Positions 25,854 through 35,909 of a stretch of 64,000 bases of DNA are shown here, piece after piece (position 1 is the stretch's first letter; every line of letters starts with the position of its first letter). This DNA is from Myxococcales bacterium (GTDB taxonomy: Bacteria; Myxococcota_A; Polyangia; Nannocystales; Nannocystaceae), in NCBI GenBank assembly GCA_020633335.1, contig JACKDU010000002.1, forward strand, positions 378,730 through 442,729, written 5' to 3'. Below the pieces are notes generated by a model. The model saw only the letters and a program-made list of their open reading frames with translations, did no database searches and was not told the DNA's origin. The position numbers and the translations under genes were made by a program.

Positions 25854-26690
25854 CTACGCGACTGGGTCCTTGGGAGCCGCAGGGGCCGCTAGCGCGAGCC
25901 CCTTGTCGGCGCTCTTCTTCCCCGCCGACTTCTTCCCCGCCGACTTCTTCTTCGCCGACTTCTTCTTCGCCGTCTTCTTCTTCACCGTCTTCTTCTTCGC
26001 CGTCTTCTTCTTCGCCGACTTCTTCTTCGCCGCCGGCGCCCCGGGCTCCACGGCGACGCCCCCGGCTCCGAGCGCCGCGCCGCGACGATGGGCCCGCCCC
26101 GCCAGCCGCCGCGGATTAAAGAGATCGAGCGGCGCCTCGCACCCCTCCTCGCGGAGCCGACAGGCGGCGCACTCGGCCCCCCGCCAGATCCGATCGTAGA
26201 TCTCCTGGATCGTGTCGAGGACGTCGTCGTCGTCGGTGACGAAGCCGACCTCGAAGTTGCGCCGCCCCTCGCCCTTGGCCCCGAGCCCCGCGCCCGTCCA
26301 GTTGGCCGAGCCGATGTAGCAGAGCGCCCCGTCGACGATCACCGTCTTGAGGTGGACGCGCGGGCACTCGCGGAGCTCGACGCCCCCCTGATAGAGCCGC
26401 GGCAGCCGATCGAAGCGCTCACGAAAGGGCCCCGAGGGGCGCGACGCGTGGAGGATCCGGAGCTCGACGCCGGCGGCCGCGAGCTCGTCGAAGACCTCGA
26501 GGATCGATCGATAGCGGCCGCGATCGCGGGCGCTGAGGCGCCGCCCCTCGACCATCATCTCCTTGAGGTTGGCGGTCGCCACCCACACCGATCGGGTCGC
26601 CCGCTGGACCGCGCCGATCACCGCGTCGTAGTGGCCGCGGCCGCTGACGAGGCGCATCTTCACCGGGCGCGGCGGGAGGGCGAAGTCCAC
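25854..26690 (-). CDS. Phospholipase D-family (single HKD) nuclease-like protein with C-terminal Lys/Ala-rich histone-H1-like tail
   Basis: HKD motif HLKTVIVDGALCYIGSANWT. C-terminal (KKKSA/KKKTA)n tail. Confidence 0.8.
   Translation of the reverse strand: MDFALPPRPVKMRLVSGRGHYDAVIGAVQRATRSVWVATANLKEMMVEGRRLSARDRGRYRSILEVFDELAAAGVELRILHASRPSGPFRERFDRLPRLYQGGVELRECPRVHLKTVIVDGALCYIGSANWTGAGLGAKGEGRRNFEVGFVTDDDDVLDTIQEIYDRIWRGAECAACRLREEGCEAPLDLFNPRRLAGRAHRRGAALGAGGVAVEPGAPAAKKKSAKKKTAKKKTVKKKTAKKKSAKKKSAGKKSAGKKSADKGLALAAPAAPKDPVA
25902..26040 (-). repeat. Tandem 12-bp coding repeats (ttcttcttcgcc gac/gtc)n encoding the (KKKxA)n tail
   Basis: Directly visible in the sequence from about 25900 to 26040. 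Confidence 0.8.
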
Positions 26691-26756
26691 GGCCGGCGAT
26701 CCTCGCAGGCCGCCGGCCGCCGGCCAAATTCTCGGGGCGTGCTATCCTCCGCGCCG

Positions 26757-27149
26757 ATGGCCGACGACCGCACGCCGCCCCGCCCGGACGCACCCGCGAG
26801 CGCGGAGCTCGTCGACGCAGCCCCGGCGGGCGCCCTCGAGGGCACGGACGAGCCGCCGGTGGTCGCGCGCCTGATGATCGAGCTCCGGGCCGACGGCTCG
26901 CGGACGATCGCCCGCGGCGCGATCGAGGATCTCCAGAGCGGCGAGACCGTGGCGATCGAGGCCCGCGCCGGCTCCCCCCTCGAGCTCTCGGCGAGCCTCG
27001 CCCGCGCGCTCCTCCAGGCGCCCGCGCTCGCCTCCCTCGCGGTCCGCTCGGCGCTCCCCACCGCCGCGGATCTCCGGGCCGGCGCCCGTGACCGCCTCGG
27101 TCGGATCGCCGGCCGACTCCGACGACGCCTCCGCGGCGACAACCCCTGA
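26757..27149 (+). CDS. Hypothetical protein (about 130 aa)
   Basis: The portion of track ORF 26088-27149 downstream of the internal ATG has protein-like composition. The upstream part is antisense to the PLD gene. Confidence 0.5.
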   Translation: MADDRTPPRPDAPASAELVDAAPAGALEGTDEPPVVARLMIELRADGSRTIARGAIEDLQSGETVAIEARAGSPLELSASLARALLQAPALASLAVRSALPTAADLRAGARDRLGRIAGRLRRRLRGDNP

Positions 27150-27173
27150 CCCCCGACGACTCAGGAGCGACCC

Positions 27174-27560
27174 ATGAGCCCGATCAGCGCCACCTTCGCC
27201 CTCCTCCTCGGCTCCCTCCTGACGAGCCTGGCGATGAACACGACCCGCCAGCGCCTCCGCTTCGCCCGCGACGCCGGCCCGGAGGCCAAGGAGTCGATCC
27301 GCCGCGCGAGCCGGGCCCACGGCAACACCCTCGAGCACGGCCTCCCCTTCCTCCTCCTGATCTTCTTCGCCGAGCGAGGCGGAGCGTCGGCGACCTGGCT
27401 CTGGGTCCTCTGCGGGCTCTTCGTCGCCGGCCGGATCAGCTACGCCTACGGGATGCTGACGCGGCCGACGAGCCCGCCGATGCGCTACGCCGCCGCCCTC
27501 ACCTACCTCCTCGAGATCGCCCTCCTGGCGACCCTCGCCCGCACGCTCCTCGCAAGCTGA
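27174..27560 (+). CDS. MAPEG-family membrane protein (tentative)
   Basis: 128 aa with 3-4 predicted TM helices; AGGAGC RBS 6 nt upstream. The family assignment rests on size and topology only. Confidence 0.65.
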   Translation: MSPISATFALLLGSLLTSLAMNTTRQRLRFARDAGPEAKESIRRASRAHGNTLEHGLPFLLLIFFAERGGASATWLWVLCGLFVAGRISYAYGMLTRPTSPPMRYAAALTYLLEIALLATLARTLLAS

Positions 27561-27620
27561 CGCGCCGCCGCGATCCGCTCCGCGGACCACGACGGCGACG
27601 CCACCGCCCGCTCGCGGGGG

Positions 27621-29246
27621 CTACTGCGGCGGCATGACGCCGCAGCAATTCGGATCGGGCACCTCGCCCGTGCACGCCGGATCATCGGCCGGGATGCAGG
27701 GCTCACACGCCCAGCGGAAGTTGTCGACGATCGCCAGGGTCGCCAGGATGCTGTCGCTCATGTCGGCGATCATGAACGCCATCTCGAGGGTCTCGCCGGG
27801 CGCGACGTTCTGCTTCGCCGAGAACCAGTCAGAGCCCGCGTTGCCGAGGCTGAAGCCGCCGGGGTCGAAGCCGGTGCCGGCGAGCTGGGGCTCGGCGTAG
27901 GTGTAGCCGTCCTGGATGAAGTAGGGATCGAGCGCCGTCACCGTCAGCGGCTGGTCGTTGATGAAGGTGACGTTGCCGGTGTAGACCTCCGAGGTCTGCC
28001 AGGCGATGAAGAGGTCGTTGAAGCCGGTGTCGACCCAGTCCGGCCACTCCGACGAGAAGTACGCGAAGGAGAACGAGTAGCCCTCGACGGTGTCGGGGAC
28101 GGTCGCCTTGAAGCCGAACCAGAGCTTGTCGTTCGGATCCTCGCCGCCGAGCATCCACTGGGCCTCGAGGGTGTCGGAGCAGTCGTTCACCCCGTCGCAG
28201 TCGACGAAGGGGGTCCCGCCGTTGCCGCTGTTCGAGCCCATGAGCTGGCTCATCGGCGGCGGCAGGGTGTCGGAGTCATCATTCTGGTTGTCGCCGTTGT
28301 TCTCCTGCGAGCCCGCCGCCTCGGTGACGATCCCCATCCCGTTGGGCTGGGCGATCACGCCGGTCGACACCATCAGGAAGGACGCGCCCTCCTGCGGGCT
28401 GTAGAGGAGCGGCTTGTTCGGATCGTTGTCGATGTGATAGGTGCCGAAGCCCTTGGCGATCCGCCAGGCGTTCTGATTGTTCGAGTTGAAGGTGGGATCC
28501 ATGATCACCACCGCATTCGACGGATCATCCGAGCAGCCGAGGCCGAAGGCCTTGTACCAGTCGGCGGTGTCCTCGTCGCAGACGATGTACTCGTCGGGCT
28601 GCGGGCACACGCCGATCCCGCCCTCCTTCTTGCAGTTGGCGTCGCAGCCGTCGCCCGGATCGAGGTTGCCGTCGTCGCAGCTCTCCCCCGGATCGAGGTT
28701 GCCGTCGCCGCACACGCCCATCACCGGCAGGGTGCAGTCGCCCTCGCAGCCGTCGCCGTCCTCGACGTTGCCGTCGTCGCACTCCTCGCCGACCTCGATG
28801 ATCCCGTTGCCGCACTCGCCCGGCGTCAGGGTGCAGTCGCTCTCGCAGCCGTCGCCGGGATCGAGGTTGCCGTCGTCGCACTCCTCCCCCGGATCGAGGT
28901 TGCCGTCGCCGCAGACCGGATCGGGGCCGGTCGTCGACACCGTCGTCGTCGGCTCCGTGGTGCCCGTCGTCGCCGTCAGCCCGGTGGTGTCGCCGGTCGT
29001 CCCGCTGGTGGTCGCCGAGTCCGACTCCGAGCCGCCCATCGTCGTCGAGGTCGAGGAGGTCGCGCTCGCGCTCCCGCTCGTCGTCCCGCCGGTCGAGCTG
29101 GCGTCGGAGTCGCTCTCGCTGGCGGTCGCGGTGTCCGAGGAGACGACGTCATCTCCGTTGCAGCCGGCGATCGCCAAGAGGAGGCCCACACTCAGACCCA
29201 CGCGCCCGGGGACGCGCCCCACGAAATTCATCCGTATCGTCATCAT
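27621..29246 (-). CDS. Secreted lipoprotein with Ser/Thr-rich linker, four Myxococcus cysteine-rich repeats (CGDGxxxxxEECDDGN) and a C-terminal beta-rich domain ending in NCCGVMPPQ
   Basis: Lipobox LLLAIAGC. Repeats CGDGNLDPGEECDDGN, CGNGIIEVGEECDDGN and similar. Confidence 0.85.
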   Translation of the reverse strand: MMTIRMNFVGRVPGRVGLSVGLLLAIAGCNGDDVVSSDTATASESDSDASSTGGTTSGSASATSSTSTTMGGSESDSATTSGTTGDTTGLTATTGTTEPTTTVSTTGPDPVCGDGNLDPGEECDDGNLDPGDGCESDCTLTPGECGNGIIEVGEECDDGNVEDGDGCEGDCTLPVMGVCGDGNLDPGESCDDGNLDPGDGCDANCKKEGGIGVCPQPDEYIVCDEDTADWYKAFGLGCSDDPSNAVVIMDPTFNSNNQNAWRIAKGFGTYHIDNDPNKPLLYSPQEGASFLMVSTGVIAQPNGMGIVTEAAGSQENNGDNQNDDSDTLPPPMSQLMGSNSGNGGTPFVDCDGVNDCSDTLEAQWMLGGEDPNDKLWFGFKATVPDTVEGYSFSFAYFSSEWPDWVDTGFNDLFIAWQTSEVYTGNVTFINDQPLTVTALDPYFIQDGYTYAEPQLAGTGFDPGGFSLGNAGSDWFSAKQNVAPGETLEMAFMIADMSDSILATLAIVDNFRWACEPCIPADDPACTGEVPDPNCCGVMPPQ

Positions 29247-29410
29247 CCTTCACCCCTGGCGGAGCTCGCCGCCGACGCCGCACGATAGCAGGAGGCCGAT
29301 CGGCCGGACACGCGCAGAGGCGCGCCGAGCGGGGCGCCGCGCCCGGTCCGCTTTCGAACGGCGAGGGCGAGGGAGCGCGCCCTCGCCCTCGATCGCCGCC
29401 GGCCGCGGGG

Positions 29411-30913
<1,503 letters not shown>

Positions 30914-30927
30914 TCGCGCCCACGACG

Positions 30928-30973
30928 GGCGAAATGGCCAACGATCGCAACACTAGCAGGTGTCCATTTCGCC
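30928..30973. promoter_or_regulatory. 10-bp inverted repeat GGCGAAATGG...(26 nt)...CCATTTCGCC upstream of lipoprotein gene 29411-30913
   Basis: Seen directly in the 115-nt intergenic region; a third related copy CCATTCGCGCC is at about 30909. Confidence 0.4.
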
Positions 30974-31028
30974 CCCTAGCGCGATCTTGGGCCGCCCGCC
31001 CCCTATCTTCCTCTGAAGAGCGCCCGGC

Positions 31029-33359
31029 TCACGCCCGGACGCGACGCCGTCGACGTCGGAGCAGGACCAGGAGCGACGCGCCAATCCCGAGCCCGAGCCT
31101 CTCCCCGCCCTCGCGGCTCCGGCAGGCGCAGCCGCCCCCGTCGTCCCCGGCGGTTCCGGTCGCCGAGCTCGCTCCCGTCGATCCCCCACTCGCCGTGCCG
31201 CTGCTGCCCCCCCCGGCCGTGGTGCCCTCGCCCCCCTCGGTCTCGCCGCCGGTGGTCTCGGGCTCGACCGCCGGCGCGATCAGGGTGAGCTTGAGATCGA
31301 AGGAGAGATCGCTCGAGTCCCCGCTCACCTGCTTGACCATCACCCCGATGACGTTGGTCCCCATCACCAGCGGGTTGGGGGCGAGCGCGAGGTCGAAGAC
31401 CGCGACCGCGTTGTCGTCGCTCTGCGCGCTCGCCCAGGCGTCGTAGGCGAGGTCGTCAGCGTTCACCGACGCCACCAGCTGACCGTTGAGCCAGACAGCC
31501 GCGCCGTCGTCGTGGAGGACCTCGAGGGTCGCGCCGACGATCTCCTGATCGACGTCAAAGGTCCGCAGGAAGTAGGCGCTCGGGTAGTTGGGGTCGGCGT
31601 CGAGGATCGCCGTCGCCTCGTCGCCCTCGCCGTAGCCGAGCTGGGCGGGGCCCGAGGGCCACTCCTTGAAGTCGTAGCCCGGCATCCGCCAGGCGTCGCC
31701 GAGATCGACCCCCTGGTCGTGGTACGACCACTCCGCGCCGAAGTCGATCGCGCCGATCTCGACGCCGCCCTCGACCACGAAGGAGGCGTTGCTCTCGTCG
31801 TAGATCGTCGGGTCGGAGACCGCCTTCACCCGCACCAGCCCCTTCGCCGTATCGACCGGCGGGACCAACCAGGGGTAGACCCCGGTGTTCGGGACGGCGT
31901 CGGCGATCGGCATCCAGGTCAGGCCGTCGTCGATCGAGTAGTCGAGGCCCACCTCGGCGATCGGCCCGACCGTCGCCCAGCCGATCTCGGCGACCCCGCC
32001 GACCGTCAGCGCCTCGCCGCCGTTTGGCGCGAAGATCTCGATCCCCTGCCCCTTGATCAGGGTTACGTGATCGCTGACCTCGCCGTCGTCGCGGATGTTG
32101 ATCAGCGTCAGTCGGTTCTGGTGGACGTCGAGGATGCACGAGCCGTGCTGGGCCTCGGCGAAGTACATGAGCGGGTGCTGCGGCAGCGAGCCGACGGTCG
32201 CGCCGCCGTGGCCGGCGACCACGTAGAGGGCGCCGAGGTGACCGAGGCCGCCGGGCGGCTTGACGTAGGGCCCGTCACCGTCCGCGCGCCCGTCGATCAT
32301 CGACAGGATCCCCGCGTCGGTGGTCGGCGTCTCGTAGCCGCCGTCGACCAGGTAGGAGCGCTCGTAGATGTGGCTGTGGCCGCCGAGGACGAGATCGACG
32401 CCGCCGGCCTCGAGGATCGGCAGGGCGTTCTCGCGCATCTCGATGTGCTGGGTCTCGGTGTCCGAGTCGTGGGTCCCCTTGGTGTAGGGCGGGTGGTGCC
32501 AGTAGGCGATCACCCACTCCGCCGAGGTCGTCGCCAGATCGATCGCCATCCACTGGAGCATCGCCCCGTCGGGCTCGCGCGGCGACTCGTGCGAGTCGAG
32601 GACGATGAAGTGGACGTTGCCGTAGTCGAAGGAGTAGTAGGCCTCGGTGCCGGAGGCGAGGCCGCCGGCCTCGCCCGCGCTCGGGAGGACGTAGGCGGTG
32701 TAGTAGGGCCCCGTCTGGGTCGCCGAGTCGGCGGACGATCCCTCGTGGTTGCCGAGGGCCGGCCAGACCGTCGTGTTGCGGAGGATCTCGCGGTAGGGCG
32801 CGAAGAACTTGTCAGTGAACTCGGCGTTGGTCCCGTTGCTGTAGGCCATGTCCCCCATGTGGAGGAGGAGCGAGGGCCGATCGCGGCCGACGTGGGTGAG
32901 CATCGCGTCGCGGACGTTGGCCTGGTTCTGGTTGCCGGTCCCCGAGTCGCCGAGCACCCAGGCGCGGATCTTCGCGCGCTCGCCGGTCGGCGGCGCGGTG
33001 TCGACGTAGTGCTTGGCGTCGCCGCCCGCGACCATCGCCCCGTCGCTGATCACCGCGTAGTAGTAGCGGGTCGCCGGCTGGAGGCCGCTGAGCTTGACCT
33101 CGTGCTGGCGACCGACGACCCCCGAGACGACTGAGCCGTCGAGGAGCTCGGGCGCGGTGCCGAAGCGGACCTCGCCGGTCGAGTCGTCGGCGGTCCGCCA
33201 GACGACGATCGTCGAGGTCGCCGTCGTCTGGTGGAGGTAGGGGCCGCGATCGAGGCCCGCGCTCACCTCCTCCGCGCAGGCGAGGGCGAGGATCGCCGCG
33301 AGGATCGCTCCGGGGGCGACGCGCCCGCGCGCTCGCGACCGCGCCCGTCGCCCGCTCAA
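31029..33359 (-). CDS. Purple-acid-phosphatase-like metallophosphoesterase with beta-sandwich extension domains and a MYXO-CTERM sorting tail
   Basis: Calcineurin-like motifs GDSGTG, GDMAYSNG, GNHE and GGHSHIYER. The C-terminus DDGGGCACRS...LGLGIGASLLVLLRRRRRRVRA has a Cys, a hydrophobic stretch and an Arg-rich tail. Confidence 0.85.
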   Translation of the reverse strand: MSGRRARSRARGRVAPGAILAAILALACAEEVSAGLDRGPYLHQTTATSTIVVWRTADDSTGEVRFGTAPELLDGSVVSGVVGRQHEVKLSGLQPATRYYYAVISDGAMVAGGDAKHYVDTAPPTGERAKIRAWVLGDSGTGNQNQANVRDAMLTHVGRDRPSLLLHMGDMAYSNGTNAEFTDKFFAPYREILRNTTVWPALGNHEGSSADSATQTGPYYTAYVLPSAGEAGGLASGTEAYYSFDYGNVHFIVLDSHESPREPDGAMLQWMAIDLATTSAEWVIAYWHHPPYTKGTHDSDTETQHIEMRENALPILEAGGVDLVLGGHSHIYERSYLVDGGYETPTTDAGILSMIDGRADGDGPYVKPPGGLGHLGALYVVAGHGGATVGSLPQHPLMYFAEAQHGSCILDVHQNRLTLINIRDDGEVSDHVTLIKGQGIEIFAPNGGEALTVGGVAEIGWATVGPIAEVGLDYSIDDGLTWMPIADAVPNTGVYPWLVPPVDTAKGLVRVKAVSDPTIYDESNASFVVEGGVEIGAIDFGAEWSYHDQGVDLGDAWRMPGYDFKEWPSGPAQLGYGEGDEATAILDADPNYPSAYFLRTFDVDQEIVGATLEVLHDDGAAVWLNGQLVASVNADDLAYDAWASAQSDDNAVAVFDLALAPNPLVMGTNVIGVMVKQVSGDSSDLSFDLKLTLIAPAVEPETTGGETEGGEGTTAGGGSSGTASGGSTGASSATGTAGDDGGGCACRSREGGERLGLGIGASLLVLLRRRRRRVRA

Positions 33360-34306
33360 CGACCCCCTCCGTCGACCGCGAGCTCGGCGATCAGGGCCGC
33401 CGCCTGCGGCAGCTTCGGGTGCTCGCGCTCGATCGCCGCCGCGATCGTCCGCGCCTCCGCCCGGCGACCGAGGGCGGCGAGGATCCGCGCGCGCGTCAGC
33501 GCATGGAGGGCGCTCGGACGCCGCTCGAGCACCCCGTCGATCTCCTGGAGCGCCCTCCCCAGCTCGGCCTCGGCGCCCTCGCGATCGCCGGCGGCCGCGA
33601 GGATCGCCGCCCGCTCGAGGCGGAGATCGGCGGCCACCGGCGCCCGGCGGATCAGCGCGTCGATCCGCGCGATCGCCAGGGCGAGGTGGCCGCGCTCGCG
33701 CTCGACCCGGATCAGCGCGAGCTCGAGGACCACCGCCCCGCCGAGGTGATCGAGCCCCTCGCGATAGCCCCGCGCGGCCGCGTCGAGCTCACCCGCGGCC
33801 TCGTCGATCCGCCCGCGGAGGAGGTAGCGCTCGGGCGTCGGCCGGGCCTCGATCGCGGCGGTGAGATCGGCGCGGGCGCCCTCCGGATCCCCGCGCCCCA
33901 GCCGGAGGCGCGCCCGCAGCTCGTGGGCCTCGCCGCGCTCGCCCGCCGACAGCGGACCCGCGAGCGCCGGGGCGAGCGCCTCCTCGGCCCCCGCTGGATC
34001 CCCGGCGTCGGCCCGCAGGCGCGCGCGCTCGAGATCCATCCGGCGATCCTCCGGCGCCGCCCGCCGGGCGGCCTCGAGATCCGCCGCTGCGCCCCGGTGA
34101 TCGCCCCGCTCACGGCGGATCCGCGCCCGCCGGAGGCGGAGCTCGGGATCTCCGGGCGCCGCGGTGATCGCCCGATCGAGCGCGTCCTCTTGATCGGCGA
34201 GGCGCGGGTGGGCGGCCGCCGGAGCGATCACCGAGAACGCCAGCGCCAGCGTCAGGAGGGCCCTCGTCACCGCTCCAACGGTATCAAGCCGGCGAGATCT
34301 TGCCAT
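33356..34306 (-). CDS. Secreted TPR-repeat protein
   Basis: Signal peptide, then Ala/Arg/Leu-rich 34-aa TPR-like repeats. 4-nt start/stop overlap with the upstream phosphoesterase gene. Confidence 0.7.
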   Translation of the reverse strand: MARSRRLDTVGAVTRALLTLALAFSVIAPAAAHPRLADQEDALDRAITAAPGDPELRLRRARIRRERGDHRGAAADLEAARRAAPEDRRMDLERARLRADAGDPAGAEEALAPALAGPLSAGERGEAHELRARLRLGRGDPEGARADLTAAIEARPTPERYLLRGRIDEAAGELDAAARGYREGLDHLGGAVVLELALIRVERERGHLALAIARIDALIRRAPVAADLRLERAAILAAAGDREGAEAELGRALQEIDGVLERRPSALHALTRARILAALGRRAEARTIAAAIEREHPKLPQAAALIAELAVDGGGR

Positions 34307-34568
34307 GCACCGACGACCGCTCAGGCCCGCGCCGAGGGCGCGTCATCGCCCGCCCAGCTCGTCCGCTGGACCGCGCAGACCCTGCCGGCCTTCACCCCAC
34401 GCTGTCGCGAAATGCGTCGCAGAACGCCACAGAGGCGCCGGCCCGGCCGACCACCCCACCCGTGATCACAGCCTTTTTCCTGCAGGGGGCTTGGCTGCGA
34501 GATTGCGAATGATTCCATTGAACAAAGCCGCGGTCAGCCCGTCTCTCGCCGACCCGCCACGAGGACCC

Positions 34569-35180
34569 ATGCTCAGCGCCCTTCGCAAGACTCTCGCCGG
34601 TATCTGCCTCCTCACCGCCGTCGCCATCGCCCCGAGCGTGGCCTCTGCAGCCGAGGGCGCCCTCGACACCTTCCGGACCAGCCACACCAAGGTCTCCTCG
34701 CTCCTCGCCAGCCGCGCGGACACCTCGGCCCTCCAGACCGAGGTCGACAACCTCCTCGACTACCACGCGCTCGCGGTCGAGTCCCTCGGCGGCGCCGCCC
34801 AATTCCCCAAGCGCTGCGAGCCCCGCTGCGACGAGCTCGAGACCCTCCTCGCCCGCCTGATCCGCGAGAACTACCTCCGTCGCCTGCGCAGCGACAAGGA
34901 CCACAAGGTCACCTTCGTAGGCGAGGAGAAGCGCCCCCGCGGGGTCCGGGTCCAGACCACCGTCGAGTACGTCAAGGAGGGGCGCCCGGTGGTCGTCGAG
35001 GTCGACTACCTGATGCACGAGGTCGACGGTCGCTGGCAGGTCCGCGACATCATCACCGACGGGGTCAGCCTCGCCCGCAACTACAAGTACGAGTTCAACC
35101 AGATCCTCAAGCAGGACGGGATCGACGGGCTCATCGCCCGCCTCGAGTCGAAGCTCGCGCTGGTCGCCAAGAAGGACTGA
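34569..35180 (+). CDS. MlaC/Ttg2D-like periplasmic phospholipid-binding protein
   Basis: Internal ATG of track ORF 34305-35180. Signal peptide MLSALRKTLAGICLLTAVAIAPSVASA. The C-terminal DIITDGVSLARNYKYEFNQILKQDGIDGLIARLESK resembles the MlaC core. Confidence 0.7.
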   Translation: MLSALRKTLAGICLLTAVAIAPSVASAAEGALDTFRTSHTKVSSLLASRADTSALQTEVDNLLDYHALAVESLGGAAQFPKRCEPRCDELETLLARLIRENYLRRLRSDKDHKVTFVGEEKRPRGVRVQTTVEYVKEGRPVVVEVDYLMHEVDGRWQVRDIITDGVSLARNYKYEFNQILKQDGIDGLIARLESKLALVAKKD

Positions 35181-35258
35181 GCGCCGCCCCGCCGCCCGCC
35201 ACCGAGGGCCCGCGACCGCCGCGGGCCCTCGTCGCGTTCGAATGCTGGTGTCGCTACG

Positions 35259-35909
35259 CTAGTCGCTGACGAGCCCGTCCTCGCCGCGATAGCGCCAGCG
35301 GACCCGGCCGCCGACGACCTCGAAGACCACGCCCTCGAGGTAGCCGGGCCAGGCGTCGTCGGCGAGGACCCGCCGGCGGAGGACGCCGACGAGCGCGGCG
35401 ATGATCAGATCGTGGGAGACCACGAGGTGGAGGCCGGGCGTCCGCCGAGCCGGCGCGAGGAGCTCCTGGACGAGGCCGGCGGCCGCCGCCCGGGGCTCGT
35501 GGAAGCCCGCCAGCGGACCTGGCCCGGCGACCAGGCGCTCGATGAGGCGGTGCTTGCCGAGGCGCCAGAAGGCCTCCCAGGCGACGTCGACGTCGGCGAC
35601 GAAGGGGCCCGGCCCGCCGAGGTCGCTCGAGCTCTCGATCCGGACCAGCGCGTCGGCGCCGCTGCGGATGCACTCCGCGGTCTCGAGCGCCCGCGCCACC
35701 GGGCTCGCCCGGAGGCCGACGAGCGCGCCCGGCAGGGCCCCCCCGAGCGCCCGCGCGGCTCGCCGCCCCGCGGCGGTGAGCGGGACGTCGTCGCCGCGCT
35801 CACCGACGATGAGCGGCCCCCGCTCGGCGTGGCGGATCATCACCACCGCCGCCCCCGAGGCGAGCGCCGCGGGGAGCTCGGCCAGCCACGCGGGGAGCGC
35901 CTGGTTCAC
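35259..35909 (-). CDS. Histidine phosphatase family protein (phosphoglycerate mutase-like)
   Basis: VVMIRHAERG (RHG/RHAE catalytic motif) and SHD; 216 aa. Confidence 0.75.
   Translation of the reverse strand: MNQALPAWLAELPAALASGAAVVMIRHAERGPLIVGERGDDVPLTAAGRRAARALGGALPGALVGLRASPVARALETAECIRSGADALVRIESSSDLGGPGPFVADVDVAWEAFWRLGKHRLIERLVAGPGPLAGFHEPRAAAAGLVQELLAPARRTPGLHLVVSHDLIIAALVGVLRRRVLADDAWPGYLEGVVFEVVGGRVRWRYRGEDGLVSD

Noticed and set aside
25902-26040. Regularly spaced 12-bp repeats that might be taken for a CRISPR array
   Set aside because: The repeats are contiguous with no spacers. They lie inside an ORF, encode a (KKKxA)n tail, and there are no cas genes nearby.
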